DNA of 64,000 nucleotides from a virus, in the IMG/VR virus record IMGVR_UViG_3300042542_002916, positions 1 through 64,000 of that record, one strand, 5' to 3'. The position numbers and the translations under genes are program-made. Positions within the stretch are counted from its first letter, which is position 1. Every line of letters starts with the position of its first letter. A model generated the notes under the pieces. The model was not told the DNA's origin and did no database searches. It worked only from the letters and a program-made list of their open reading frames with translations. Below are positions 55,095 to 64,000 of the stretch, in pieces.

Positions 55095-56300
55095 TTACGC
55101 CTTGCGAGTCCCCGAAATGATACTTATATCCTTCCGAGGGTCGTAATCAGCACCTATAACCATAGTCAAAATCCCCGGTGGTGATTCCAAACCATGCCTA
55201 TCCCGAAACCATGCAGAACCGGGATCAGTTGTAGGTGCTTGAACCCAAAACCGACCACCTATGTCCATGCTTTTAAATGAGTGATAATGGCCCGAAATCC
55301 ATACATCACACATTCCTAATGCTGTTTGACCTGCTGATTGCTCAGACAGGTATTTCATAACGTTTGTGCCAGTTTGATGACCGTGAAACAGTCCAAGCAT
55401 TGTTCCACAAATATCAATTGCAAGTGTTTGATGTTGCTTATCTGGGAAACGAAATTCTACATGCCCTAATACATCATTCTCAGCGCATGCATCTTGCACT
55501 GCAGATGCTATTTCTACGTTCCAACCGTCTGAAGGATCCGCAGAAACCTGCCGTGTAACCTCATCGTGGTTACCATTAACTACAGGAACAATAATCCTGT
55601 CAGCTAGTGGAGCAAATGCTTTTATTTGCGCCATTAATAGCCTTCTAGCGACACGAGTCTGCTCTGTAAGCCCTAAATCTGAGGATGCAAGCCCTTGAAG
55701 TTTTCCATTTTGACTTACATTGCCTTCAACATGGTCACCTGGAAGAGGAATTACTATCGTGCCAATACTTCTTCCTATTTTTCTTAGTTCTTTAAGTCGC
55801 CAGACTGCTTGTTCAGTTATTTCAAGCAACCTACGAACAGTGTCTGCGCTACCTTCATCTCCCTGCTTTTTACCAATTTGTTGGTCGCTGGGGGCAAATA
55901 CGAACGCCAGTTCGCCAGATACTTTTTTATCTGTCTTGGATGGTCTCCACTTGGATACCTCTTCCATAAGCTGGTCTAGGTCTTTATCAGCTATTTTTCC
56001 CTTAGAAATAGGTGTAATAGTGATTCTTTGAGCTTCTAACCACTCTCCAGAGTAGGTTTGCCACTGGGATTTACGAACATTGGTCACAGACCAAGACATT
56101 GGGTCAAGCTTAAAATCAAGAAGGATTTCGCGAGCATCTGGCATCTCCCCAGCTGGGCGAGGGGTTGAGATGAGGTATCCACCCTCTTCATCAACCTCCA
56201 TACGAGGTCTCCACGATTCGGGCGTGTTTGTTGCCCGAGTATCAGAGCCGCTAGGTCCCGGTGATACTAAAGCTGCTAGCTTCTCTGTTAGCTCTGACAT
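55095..56300 (-). CDS. Metallophosphoesterase (MRE11-like nuclease)
   Basis: SDQQIG, GDHVEG, GNHDE, HGH and GHYH motifs. Start revised to ATG 56300 (TAATG coupling). Confidence 0.8.
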   Translation of the reverse strand: MSELTEKLAALVSPGPSGSDTRATNTPESWRPRMEVDEEGGYLISTPRPAGEMPDAREILLDFKLDPMSWSVTNVRKSQWQTYSGEWLEAQRITITPISKGKIADKDLDQLMEEVSKWRPSKTDKKVSGELAFVFAPSDQQIGKKQGDEGSADTVRRLLEITEQAVWRLKELRKIGRSIGTIVIPLPGDHVEGNVSQNGKLQGLASSDLGLTEQTRVARRLLMAQIKAFAPLADRIIVPVVNGNHDEVTRQVSADPSDGWNVEIASAVQDACAENDVLGHVEFRFPDKQHQTLAIDICGTMLGLFHGHQTGTNVMKYLSEQSAGQTALGMCDVWISGHYHSFKSMDIGGRFWVQAPTTDPGSAWFRDRHGLESPPGILTMVIGADYDPRKDISIISGTRKA

Positions 56301-56593
56301 TAAGAATCCTTGCGAGCGTTCTCTAAACGAATCTTGCTGTTCTTCCCAACAAAGCATCTGCACTGTTGTCGCCTGTGGAGATTGATTGAGGCAAAGGCAA
56401 TATCAAAACCTTCCCCTAAAAGAATCTCGTGGATTTGACGATTTGAGATCGTGCCAGATTTAGACCGTGTAGAAAACACGATTTGTAAAGCTTCTTTGTC
56501 GTCTCCCTGTAAATCATCAAGGAGTTTCCCTACTCCGCAGGGTAGTCCCGGTTCAGAACGTGTGGCTTCTTTTAATTTATCTGCAAGGCCCAA
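56300..56593 (-). CDS. Small hypothetical, HTH-like protein with HRR..CRC
   Basis: GGAG RBS plus TTG; coupled to the metallophosphoesterase. Confidence 0.6.
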   Translation of the reverse strand: MGLADKLKEATRSEPGLPCGVGKLLDDLQGDDKEALQIVFSTRSKSGTISNRQIHEILLGEGFDIAFASINLHRRQQCRCFVGKNSKIRLENARKDS

Positions 56594-56782
56594 GTTATTC
56601 TCCAGTTCTCATAGGCTGAGACTAACACCAAATCTGTTTATAAGATTTACTGTTACCCCACGAGTAACTCTAACACTAAAATGTGTCAGTGTGAAGCATT
56701 ACTAGAGAGTTGCGTGTCGGAAAATAAAGACACAAAAAAGTGCTTGAAAATTCTATTTTATTGTAAGTTTTATGATGAAAAC

Positions 56783-57190
56783 TTAAGATGCTTTTTTAGA
56801 GCGGGACCGAGCTGGCTTTGGGTCCGAAGGTGCGGTGTCTGGGATTATGACCGCTTGGGATAGGACTTTGATAATCAAATCCTTCGTTTCGTCATTCTGT
56901 TTTTCTATCCTGCACATCTGGGCTTCAAGCTGATTTGTCTTTCTAGCCACATCCGCTAGGCTAAGCCCACCATTTGCTGCAGGATGTATTGGAGCAGTTG
57001 CTTCAGTTATCTCTTCACGGATGATGGTGCGAAGTAGTTTCATCCAAACCTTACTAACAGTAAATAGCATTCCACAAGCTAAGGCAATCAAACCCAAGAT
57101 GGCTGAGACATCTCCGACATCTAAAGAGTTTGGGGTGCCAGGCTCCCACCATGAGCCAGCATCGGCAGCTAGTAGAGTAAGATTGTACAA
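56783..57190 (-). CDS. Single-TM membrane protein with a coiled coil
   Basis: Hydrophobic ILGLIALACGMLFTV, then NGGLSLAD and a coiled coil. Confidence 0.6.
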   Translation of the reverse strand: MYNLTLLAADAGSWWEPGTPNSLDVGDVSAILGLIALACGMLFTVSKVWMKLLRTIIREEITEATAPIHPAANGGLSLADVARKTNQLEAQMCRIEKQNDETKDLIIKVLSQAVIIPDTAPSDPKPARSRSKKAS

Positions 57191-57324
57191 GGATAGTTCC
57201 TATCAAAAGATGGTTGAACTTGACGACAAGTGTTATTAGTTTATATTAGATTACTAACGCCGATTTCTATACAAACGACGCGAGTGGCTGTATAGTCGTT
57301 CTACCAAATAAAAGTTTGAACTGC

Positions 57325-57354
57325 TTGACTCTCTAGGTGAATGTTGAGTAGCTT
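57325..57354 (+). promoter_or_regulatory. SigA-type promoter for the primase-helicase
   Basis: TTGACT-18 nt-TAGCTT upstream of AAGGAGG plus GTG. Confidence 0.55.
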
Positions 57355-57380
57355 TCCTATCTATCTTCAAGGAGGGTTCT

Positions 57381-59978
57381 GTGAGCAGCGAGAATACGAA
57401 TCGACTGGCGAAAGCCGCTTCGTTTTACTCCAGCATTGGCTGGAATATTCTTCCCTGTCATGGAATTGTCGGCGGTCGTTGTACATGCAATAGACCTCAT
57501 GGTGAACCAAAAGAAGTAGGAAAACACCCAGCTCTTAATGAGTGGAACATTCAATCAACTAATGACATAAACGTTATTAATCGTTGGTGGGAAGAGAACC
57601 CTAACTACAACACTGGTGTTCATTGTCAGAAGTCTGGCTTTTTTGTAATTGATATTGATCCACGTTCTGGTGGTCCAGAGTCTTTTGAAAAATTTGAAGA
57701 ACTTGTTGAAGGAGCATTACCTCCAACAATTGAAGCAATCACTGGCACATATACATCTGCAAATGGAAAAGCTCTTCGAGGTCGTCACATCTTTTATCGT
57801 TGTGATGATTCAGAAGGTCTTGTCGGAAACCTTAGCAAGATGGGTCTTAAGGGTATTGATATAAAACATAACGGTTATGTTTTGATTGCACCATCACGAC
57901 ACTTTTCTGGTGTTGATTACGAATGGGTTCCAGGAAAAGCTCCTTGGGAAATGCAAATGACAGAAGCCCCTGAAGAACTTCTTGCAGCACTTCGTAAAAG
58001 AAGTAAGCGCTCTAGCTTCACTCTTGGTGATAGTAGCTGGGAAGGTATTGAGTATGAGCGAGTAGAGATTGACAAAATTCTTGAAGAAGGAATTCAAGAA
58101 GGCTCTCGTGCTGTTGATATTTATAAATTAACTTGCGCTCTTGCAAATAAGTACGGAACAGATGACATGACTCGTCAAATGATTGAGTCTGAGATGTTGC
58201 GCTTTAATGCAACTAAGGTCAACCCGCCTCTTCATATTGAAGGAACTAACGGTCTTTTACATCACGTCCACCGCGCTATTGACTTTGTTGCTAACAATCC
58301 AAAAATTGGTTTGATGAGTCCAGAGACAGCCGAGTGGATGAAAAAGCAAGCAGATAAAATTTCATCAAGCACAAATCAGATTCAAGAACTTCAAGCTATG
58401 ACAGGTGTTGTTCGTCCTCACCCTACTTCAGAGACTCACTTTGCTGGAACCATTAGCGGATCTGTTATGTCTGCAATTGAAGACGGTGACTCAATCCATG
58501 AAGCTACATCTATTTCTAATATGGATGTTCCTAAAGACCCAGACTCATTAAATATTCAAGACGGTGGGGATGAAGGAAAGCGCTCGCTTTCAGACACGGG
58601 CAACGGTCGTCGTCTTGTTGACGTATTCGGTGCTGGTGTCCGCTACACAACTGGTCTTGGTTGGTTTGTTTGGAAAGAAGGATATTGGAAACCAGATAGA
58701 GAAGACCTTGAAGTACAAGAACTTGCAAAGAAGATTGCTCCAGTTATCTCTGCTGAAGTTACTCGTTACCCAGAATCACAGCAGACAGAGGTAATCAAAT
58801 GGGCTCACCAATCTCGTTCTAACTCTCGTCTTCGTGGAGCAATTGACTCTGCAAAATCTGACCCTCGTGTAGAAATCCCTGTTGAGATATGGGACCAAGA
58901 TGAAAATCTTTTAGGTGTTCTCAACGGTGTAATTGATTTGCGTACTGGCGAACTTCTAAAGGGTCGTCCAGATTTGCACATCACTCGTCGTGCACCTGTT
59001 GCATACACTCGTGGTCACACAAATGTTCGTTGGCAACAGTTCATCGATTTTGCTACTGGTGGAGATAAGGAATATCAAGACTGGCTACAGCGTGCAGCTG
59101 GTTACTCAATTACGGGTTCAAATAAATATGACTTGATGTTCTTGGTTTATGGTCCTGCTGGTTCTGGTAAGAACACTTTTGTTGAAGCGCTTGTTAAAGC
59201 TCTTGGAACTGCACAGTACGCATGGCCTCTTGATTCAAGCATTCTTGCTGCTAACGATGGTCAATCTAATGGAACAGATTTGTATCACTGGGCTCAGCTT
59301 CGTGGTCGTAGAGTTGTTTGGGTTGACGAACTTCCAGACTCAGAGCGTATGAAAGAGAACTCAGTTAAGAAGTTAACTGGTTCATCTGAAATCTCTGCTC
59401 GTTCTCCAGGTGAACAACCATTTACATTTCAATCACAAGCAAAGCTTTGGATTTCTACTAACCACCGTCCAGTAATTACTGATGATGCTATGTGGCGTCG
59501 TATTCGTCCAATTCCATTTACTCGTGTTCCAGAAGTTATGGACCCAGACTTGAAGGAATACATCTTTGACCCAGAGGGTGCTCTTCCAGCAGTTCTTTCA
59601 TGGGCTGTTGAAGGTGCAATCAAACTTCTAGGTTCATCATCTCGTGATGCTCTTGGTTGGTGTACTCAAGTTGCAGAAGCAGCTGAAATTTATCGTAAGA
59701 ACGAAGACCGTATTGGTATCTTCCTATCAGAAGAAACTAACGATAATGAAGGAGCAAGCATTGCATTCAAATCACTTTACGGTGTATACCGAGTGTGGTG
59801 TGAAGAACGCGGTGAGCGCCCAATGGCTCAAGGTAACTTGCAGAGAAAACTTACAGATAGAAGTGTTCAGATTGAAGGAACAGGTTCTCGCGCAGTTGTG
59901 TTAGGTCGATCATTGGTTCCACGACCAGTGCCTTCATCAGACATTGATTGGAATACAGCAGTTAGATTTGCTCGTTAA
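57381..59978 (+). CDS. Bifunctional primase-polymerase fused to a D5/P4-type SF3 helicase
   Basis: Prim-Pol motifs GKHP, DIDPRSGG, GRHIFY and GYVLIAPS; D5_N motif DTGNGRRL; Walker A GPAGSGKN and KKLTG. Confidence 0.92.
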   Translation: MSSENTNRLAKAASFYSSIGWNILPCHGIVGGRCTCNRPHGEPKEVGKHPALNEWNIQSTNDINVINRWWEENPNYNTGVHCQKSGFFVIDIDPRSGGPESFEKFEELVEGALPPTIEAITGTYTSANGKALRGRHIFYRCDDSEGLVGNLSKMGLKGIDIKHNGYVLIAPSRHFSGVDYEWVPGKAPWEMQMTEAPEELLAALRKRSKRSSFTLGDSSWEGIEYERVEIDKILEEGIQEGSRAVDIYKLTCALANKYGTDDMTRQMIESEMLRFNATKVNPPLHIEGTNGLLHHVHRAIDFVANNPKIGLMSPETAEWMKKQADKISSSTNQIQELQAMTGVVRPHPTSETHFAGTISGSVMSAIEDGDSIHEATSISNMDVPKDPDSLNIQDGGDEGKRSLSDTGNGRRLVDVFGAGVRYTTGLGWFVWKEGYWKPDREDLEVQELAKKIAPVISAEVTRYPESQQTEVIKWAHQSRSNSRLRGAIDSAKSDPRVEIPVEIWDQDENLLGVLNGVIDLRTGELLKGRPDLHITRRAPVAYTRGHTNVRWQQFIDFATGGDKEYQDWLQRAAGYSITGSNKYDLMFLVYGPAGSGKNTFVEALVKALGTAQYAWPLDSSILAANDGQSNGTDLYHWAQLRGRRVVWVDELPDSERMKENSVKKLTGSSEISARSPGEQPFTFQSQAKLWISTNHRPVITDDAMWRRIRPIPFTRVPEVMDPDLKEYIFDPEGALPAVLSWAVEGAIKLLGSSSRDALGWCTQVAEAAEIYRKNEDRIGIFLSEETNDNEGASIAFKSLYGVYRVWCEERGERPMAQGNLQRKLTDRSVQIEGTGSRAVVLGRSLVPRPVPSSDIDWNTAVRFAR

Positions 59979-61384
59979 CGAGGTGTAAAGATTCTTCCGC
60001 CAGAAGGACCACGATGTGGAGGAAGCCTTCTTGCAGCTGGAGACTTTGCAGTTAGTCGACCACCGATAAATCCTTGAGGTGGCTTAATCATAAGAGCAGT
60101 CATAGCGTGAACAAGTGCGTCAACGCGGTCTGGTGAGTTTTTAGACTCTCCTGGAATCCAAGAAAACATCTGAGACTCTAAGTCTGGAAGATAGTTAACG
60201 TGGTGAATACGATTCTGTTCGTAGGCAAGAACAATAGGTTCTGCACGAAGAGCTTTACCGTGCTTTGAGTGAACTTCAAATACCTTGATATTTGGATCAA
60301 TAGAGTTAATAGCATTACGCACAAGTGCTCCACCTTGGTTTACTTCAGCAACAACTGGAGCACCCCAACGACGAGCCATCTCTACAACTTTGTTTGCCCA
60401 CACTTCTGGTGAGCCTAAAATTGTTGCATCTTCTAAAACCCAAGCGTGGCGCTTATACAAATCTCTATCTGCTGTTGAGGCGCAAACAATAATTCCGCAC
60501 TCATCTCGTGGATTTTCTGCAACTGATGGGTCAACACCAATTACACGAAGTGGAGCATGAGGCGGAAGAATCAACTCTCGTGCTCTGTCAATCATTTCAA
60601 TAGTCCACAGTGCGCCTTCAATGTCATCCAACATTTCACCGTAAAGTTCTTGAGCAGCAAGACGAGTGCCTTCATACACTCCAGTAATTGCCTGCAAGTA
60701 TGCATCTGACAAGTTTCCTGCGTTATCAAGAGTAGAACCACGAGAAATATTTACTCGTCCTGTTTTCTTAGCTTCTTCAATTAAAGAGTAAAGAATCGGA
60801 ACACGTTTAGGTGTCGTGGTCGCAATAATTTGTGGATGTGGTCCAAGACGAGCTGAAACTCGAAGGTTGTCCCAAGAAGTCATTCCTGCAGCATCTGGTG
60901 TTTGACGCCATGCTGCAATTTCGTCAGCCCACGCGTAGTGACATTGAGGACCACGAAGTGAGTCTGGTTCATCAGCAGTAAAACAAGTTGCGGTATTTCC
61001 ATTAGGCCAAGTCAATCGGCGCTTTGATGGTTCGTAATGTGGACGCTCACTTGGAGGCGTCACATTCATAATCCCTGATTCACCTTCAACAATAACGTCA
61101 CGCACGTCTGCAGCAGTACGGGCGACAAGAGCGAAGCGAAGTTGTCCTTGATTTGTGTATTTTGCTTTTTCTCGGACCCACTCAGCGGCGCTTCTTGTCT
61201 TACCCGCACCACGACCTGCAAGGTAAAGCCAAATTGCCCAGTCAGTTGTATCAGGTGGACGTTGTTCTGGGCGTGCCCACATTTCCCAAGACCATTGAAC
61301 TTGTTCCATGTCCAAGTCTGCGAGGGCAGCTCTTTGTTCTTCTATGGGTAAGAGAGCAATGTGCTCCATCAGACTCTTACCCAT
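59975..61384 (-). CDS. terL: Terminase large subunit
   Basis: Walker A AGRGAGKT, Walker B WADE, TTTP; nuclease motifs GVDPS..DECG..EVNQGG..DRVDA. Confidence 0.9.
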   Translation of the reverse strand: MGKSLMEHIALLPIEEQRAALADLDMEQVQWSWEMWARPEQRPPDTTDWAIWLYLAGRGAGKTRSAAEWVREKAKYTNQGQLRFALVARTAADVRDVIVEGESGIMNVTPPSERPHYEPSKRRLTWPNGNTATCFTADEPDSLRGPQCHYAWADEIAAWRQTPDAAGMTSWDNLRVSARLGPHPQIIATTTPKRVPILYSLIEEAKKTGRVNISRGSTLDNAGNLSDAYLQAITGVYEGTRLAAQELYGEMLDDIEGALWTIEMIDRARELILPPHAPLRVIGVDPSVAENPRDECGIIVCASTADRDLYKRHAWVLEDATILGSPEVWANKVVEMARRWGAPVVAEVNQGGALVRNAINSIDPNIKVFEVHSKHGKALRAEPIVLAYEQNRIHHVNYLPDLESQMFSWIPGESKNSPDRVDALVHAMTALMIKPPQGFIGGRLTAKSPAARRLPPHRGPSGGRIFTPR

Positions 61385-61395
61385 TAGATACCCAC

Positions 61396-61854
61396 TTACT
61401 GACTACGCTGAAGACTTCTCTGGACTCCATAGTATAACGGGGCTGCAGAACTTAGGCCCAATTCCTTTGCCAGATTTGCAAGAGAAATTCCTAATTTATA
61501 TTCATGTGCAAGTTGGTCATGGTATGAATCAACATCTTTTGCTTTTGCAATTTTTACGCGCTCTGCTGAACCAGCAACATCTTGATCTTTAACTCGCAAT
61601 TTAGGACGAGCAATAGATACTGAAATATCATTCATTACAACACGACGACGCACGCCAGCATATGCAACACTTAAACGCTTAGCAAGAAGTGGAAGACTGC
61701 CACCACGACTATGAAATTCTGTTAGAAGTCGCGTGTATTCACGACTCGCTGTGTGGGCAGGAGTTTGTTGATCGCGGGGACCATACGCTTTCTTTGCAAT
61801 AGCAAGAAGCGGTTCAATCTGTGTTGCATACTCTTCTACAAGCTCTCGGCTCAT
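61396..61854 (-). CDS. Tandem-HTH protein (candidate small terminase or regulator)
   Basis: Two HTH-like units, GGSLPLLAKRLSVAYAGV and GISLANLAKELGLSSAAPL; directly upstream of terL. Confidence 0.5.
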   Translation of the reverse strand: MSRELVEEYATQIEPLLAIAKKAYGPRDQQTPAHTASREYTRLLTEFHSRGGSLPLLAKRLSVAYAGVRRRVVMNDISVSIARPKLRVKDQDVAGSAERVKIAKAKDVDSYHDQLAHEYKLGISLANLAKELGLSSAAPLYYGVQRSLQRSQ

Positions 61855-61898
61855 TATTTCTCTCCATTTATGTCGTTAGGTCCAGCGCGTCCAGATGT

Positions 61899-61927
61899 AG
61901 ATTATCATAGCGACACGCTGAAGTCAA
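61899..61927 (-). promoter_or_regulatory. SigA-type promoter for the HTH/terL operon
   Basis: On the minus strand, TTGACT-17 nt-TAATCT with an extended TG. Confidence 0.55.
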
Positions 61928-61942
61928 CGTTAAAGGAGGATA

Positions 61943-62116
61943 TTATTCTTCCTGATCTTTTGGATTTCTTAAAGGGTATGTAATTGCCCAAGCTAGAATG
62001 GTTCCAACTATGGCATAGCCAACAATGGTCTTTGCAGAACCATCAAGAACTACCCAAGCAATAAACATGCCTAGTAGTGTCCACAGTTGGTCAATCATGT
62101 CTCGAATTAGTTTCAT
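61943..62116 (-). CDS. 57-aa two-TM membrane protein (not in the ORF track)
   Basis: [57 protein letters not shown]; AGGAGGAG RBS; ATGA overlap with the upstream gene. Confidence 0.75.
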   Translation of the reverse strand: MKLIRDMIDQLWTLLGMFIAWVVLDGSAKTIVGYAIVGTILAWAITYPLRNPKDQEE

Positions 62117-63999
62117 GGTTTTCTCCTCCTAACTCCTTTGCTATCTCCTGAAGGCGCACCGCCACCAGAACTTCCTCCGCCACTTGGGGCTCCGCCACCA
62201 GAACTTCCAGCGGCTCCAGCTGCTGCTGCACCAACTGCATTTATTGCTGCACCAGCAGCAATAACAGTTGCAACAACTGCCTCGGTAGATTCTTTTCGTT
62301 CTTCATCTGACATATCTGCCCCGATGCTCCCCAAAGCAAGCAGTGCTTGAGCAGGGTCGTCGAACATAGTAGACAATAATTCTACAGGACTTGCTAATAC
62401 CTCTAAAGCTGCTGCGACTTCGGCGGTAATGACTACTTCATTACCGTTCTCATCTGTTCTGACATCAACAGGAGTTTCAGCTGGAAGGTCCTCATAAGTA
62501 AGACCAGCAGCCTCTATGTTTTCTGATGAGATTGCTTCACCATCAGCTTGCTCAATAAGAACATCAGCAACGAACTCTTTTTCAGCCGCAGTGAGTTTTC
62601 CATCTTCAGTTAGCGAATCCACGAGATTTGCTACTTCGGAGTTACTAATTTCTCCGTCTGCGCTTATGGCATCAATAATTAGAGATTCTTCAGCGGTAGA
62701 TAGTTTTCCGTCTTCAGCTAAATTATCAGTTAAAGAATCAATTTCAGATTGAGTCACTTTTCCGTCTGCATTTATGGCATCAAAAATAAGCTCTGATTCT
62801 GCCTCTGTGATTCCACCCTTAGATAGAGCATCAGTTAAGTTTGCAACCTCTTCATTGGTCACAACACCGTCGGCATCTAAAGCATCTAAAATTTTGTCAG
62901 CATCAGCAGAAGAAAGCTTTCCGTCAGAAACTAAATCAGCTACTTCGGATTGAATTTCCTCAACAGTCATAGGCGCTGGCTCTGCTTCAGGTTCTGGCTC
63001 TGGTGCAGGTTCGGGTGCTGGTTCTGGTATTGGTTCTGGCTCGGGAGCTGGTTCAGGCGCAGGTTCAGCCTCAGGAATTGGAGTAACCTCTGGAGATGGT
63101 TCTGGTAAAGGTATTGGCTCTGGCTCTGGCGCTGGTTCTGGGGACGGCTCTGGTTGCGGTTCTGGTGCTGGCTCTGGTGTGGGCTCAGGTTGTGGCTCTG
63201 GTTCGGGTTGTGGAACAGGCTGAGGCTCTGGCTCAGGAGCAGGAACAGGAGTAGGCTCTGGCTGTGGTGAAGGTACTGGAGAAGGCTCTGGATTGGGTTC
63301 TGGCTGCGGCTGCGGCTGTGGGCTTGGCTCTGGTTGCGGCTGTGGTGTTGGCGCTGGTTCTGGGGACGGTGTTGGTGCAGGCTCTGGCGTTGGTTCTACT
63401 GGCGGTGCTGGCTCTGGCGTTGGTTCTACTGGCGGTGCTGGCGGTGCTTGAATCTCAGACTGTACAACGGATACGGCGTTAGCCATTGCAGTAATAGCTT
63501 CTGCAACTTTAGTTGTTGCAGTGTCAGCTAATTGATTTGCTGTTGTTACAGCGCTATTTTGCGCTGATTGGAGGTTACCTAATGTTTGAGTTTCTGTTGT
63601 TAGTGTGGTCTGAGCTGTTGCAAGCTCTGTCACTGCTACTGTTTTCACTTCTGTAAGAGTTGCTAAAACCGCTGTTTCTGTAGCAACAACTGCTGTTTGC
63701 TCAGTGATTTGAGCAGTTAAAGTCTCATTGGTTACATTGGTCATTGGCTTAATTTCTTGACCTGCTGCTTCACGAACACCAATACGAGGACCGTTATAAA
63801 GCTGGGTGGTGTTTCCTGCAACAGTTCCTACACCAGTCCATTCCCCTGTTGTTGGGTTGACTGTCATCTTCCAATTAACATTTGTAAGTGGGCCATTATG
63901 ATCTTGAAAACGTTTTAAGTTCCAATCAACCTCTAAAGTAGTTTCAGTTGTTGTGACTGTTGTAAATGATCCGTTTGCGTTTGAACTCATAAAGTCGCT
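62113..63999 (-). CDS. Large Pro/Glu-rich membrane-anchored protein, N-terminus beyond the window
   Basis: Frame open to the window end. Coiled coil, (PE/PQ/PA)n stalk, acidic DADG..T..E repeats, C-terminal hydrophobic helix and RRRKP. Confidence 0.75.
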   Translation of the reverse strand, partial: SDFMSSNANGSFTTVTTTETTLEVDWNLKRFQDHNGPLTNVNWKMTVNPTTGEWTGVGTVAGNTTQLYNGPRIGVREAAGQEIKPMTNVTNETLTAQITEQTAVVATETAVLATLTEVKTVAVTELATAQTTLTTETQTLGNLQSAQNSAVTTANQLADTATTKVAEAITAMANAVSVVQSEIQAPPAPPVEPTPEPAPPVEPTPEPAPTPSPEPAPTPQPQPEPSPQPQPQPEPNPEPSPVPSPQPEPTPVPAPEPEPQPVPQPEPEPQPEPTPEPAPEPQPEPSPEPAPEPEPIPLPEPSPEVTPIPEAEPAPEPAPEPEPIPEPAPEPAPEPEPEAEPAPMTVEEIQSEVADLVSDGKLSSADADKILDALDADGVVTNEEVANLTDALSKGGITEAESELIFDAINADGKVTQSEIDSLTDNLAEDGKLSTAEESLIIDAISADGEISNSEVANLVDSLTEDGKLTAAEKEFVADVLIEQADGEAISSENIEAAGLTYEDLPAETPVDVRTDENGNEVVITAEVAAALEVLASPVELLSTMFDDPAQALLALGSIGADMSDEERKESTEAVVATVIAAGAAINAVGAAAAGAAGSSGGGAPSGGGSSGGGAPSGDSKGVRRRKP

Positions 64000-64000
64000 G

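Noticed and set aside
56301-56363. ORF-track start of the metallophosphoesterase at 56363
   Set aside because: It overlaps the upstream gene; ATG 56300 with TAATG coupling is more plausible.
57381-61384. Inteins or introns in the primase-helicase and terminase (also checked in PolA)
   Set aside because: Lengths are ordinary; no C...HN-(C/S/T) splice motifs or LAGLIDADG blocks seen.

Overview
The whole window is a gene-dense segment of a tailed dsDNA phage genome, with a siphovirus-type tail. The host is most likely an actinobacterium. This rests on two whiB genes and on head/tail genes resembling the cluster-B-type actinophage set (hexamer and pentamer capsid proteins, RVTRLD-type major tail protein); the modest GC seen by eye suggests a low-GC freshwater lineage, which is inference. 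Layout: (i) 1-17.6 kb, + strand, head and tail morphogenesis; (ii) 18-28.6 kb, + strand, replication, recombination and regulation (PolA, RuvC-like, SNF2 helicase, Cas4-like nuclease, AAA ATPase, SSB-like, GT-B-like, 2x WhiB); (iii) 28.6-57.2 kb, - strand, a large block of collagen-like and repeat-rich virion proteins ending in a methyltransferase and a GT2-TPR glycosyltransferase; (iv) primase-polymerase/D5 helicase (+), converging on a large terminase (-), followed by a truncated Pro/Glu-rich membrane protein. No portal, endolysin, integrase, tRNA, CRISPR array or RT was recognised. Most notable observations: a nested ('Russian doll') domain stalk inside the distal-tail protein; a giant structural protein apparently split into two genes with complementary half-domains; a collagen-fibre plus glycosylation locus; an internal RBS/GTG in the capsid gene; a non-canonical -1 frameshift candidate; and a small copper-ligand cluster. 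All functional calls come from motif recognition by eye; no database searches were run.
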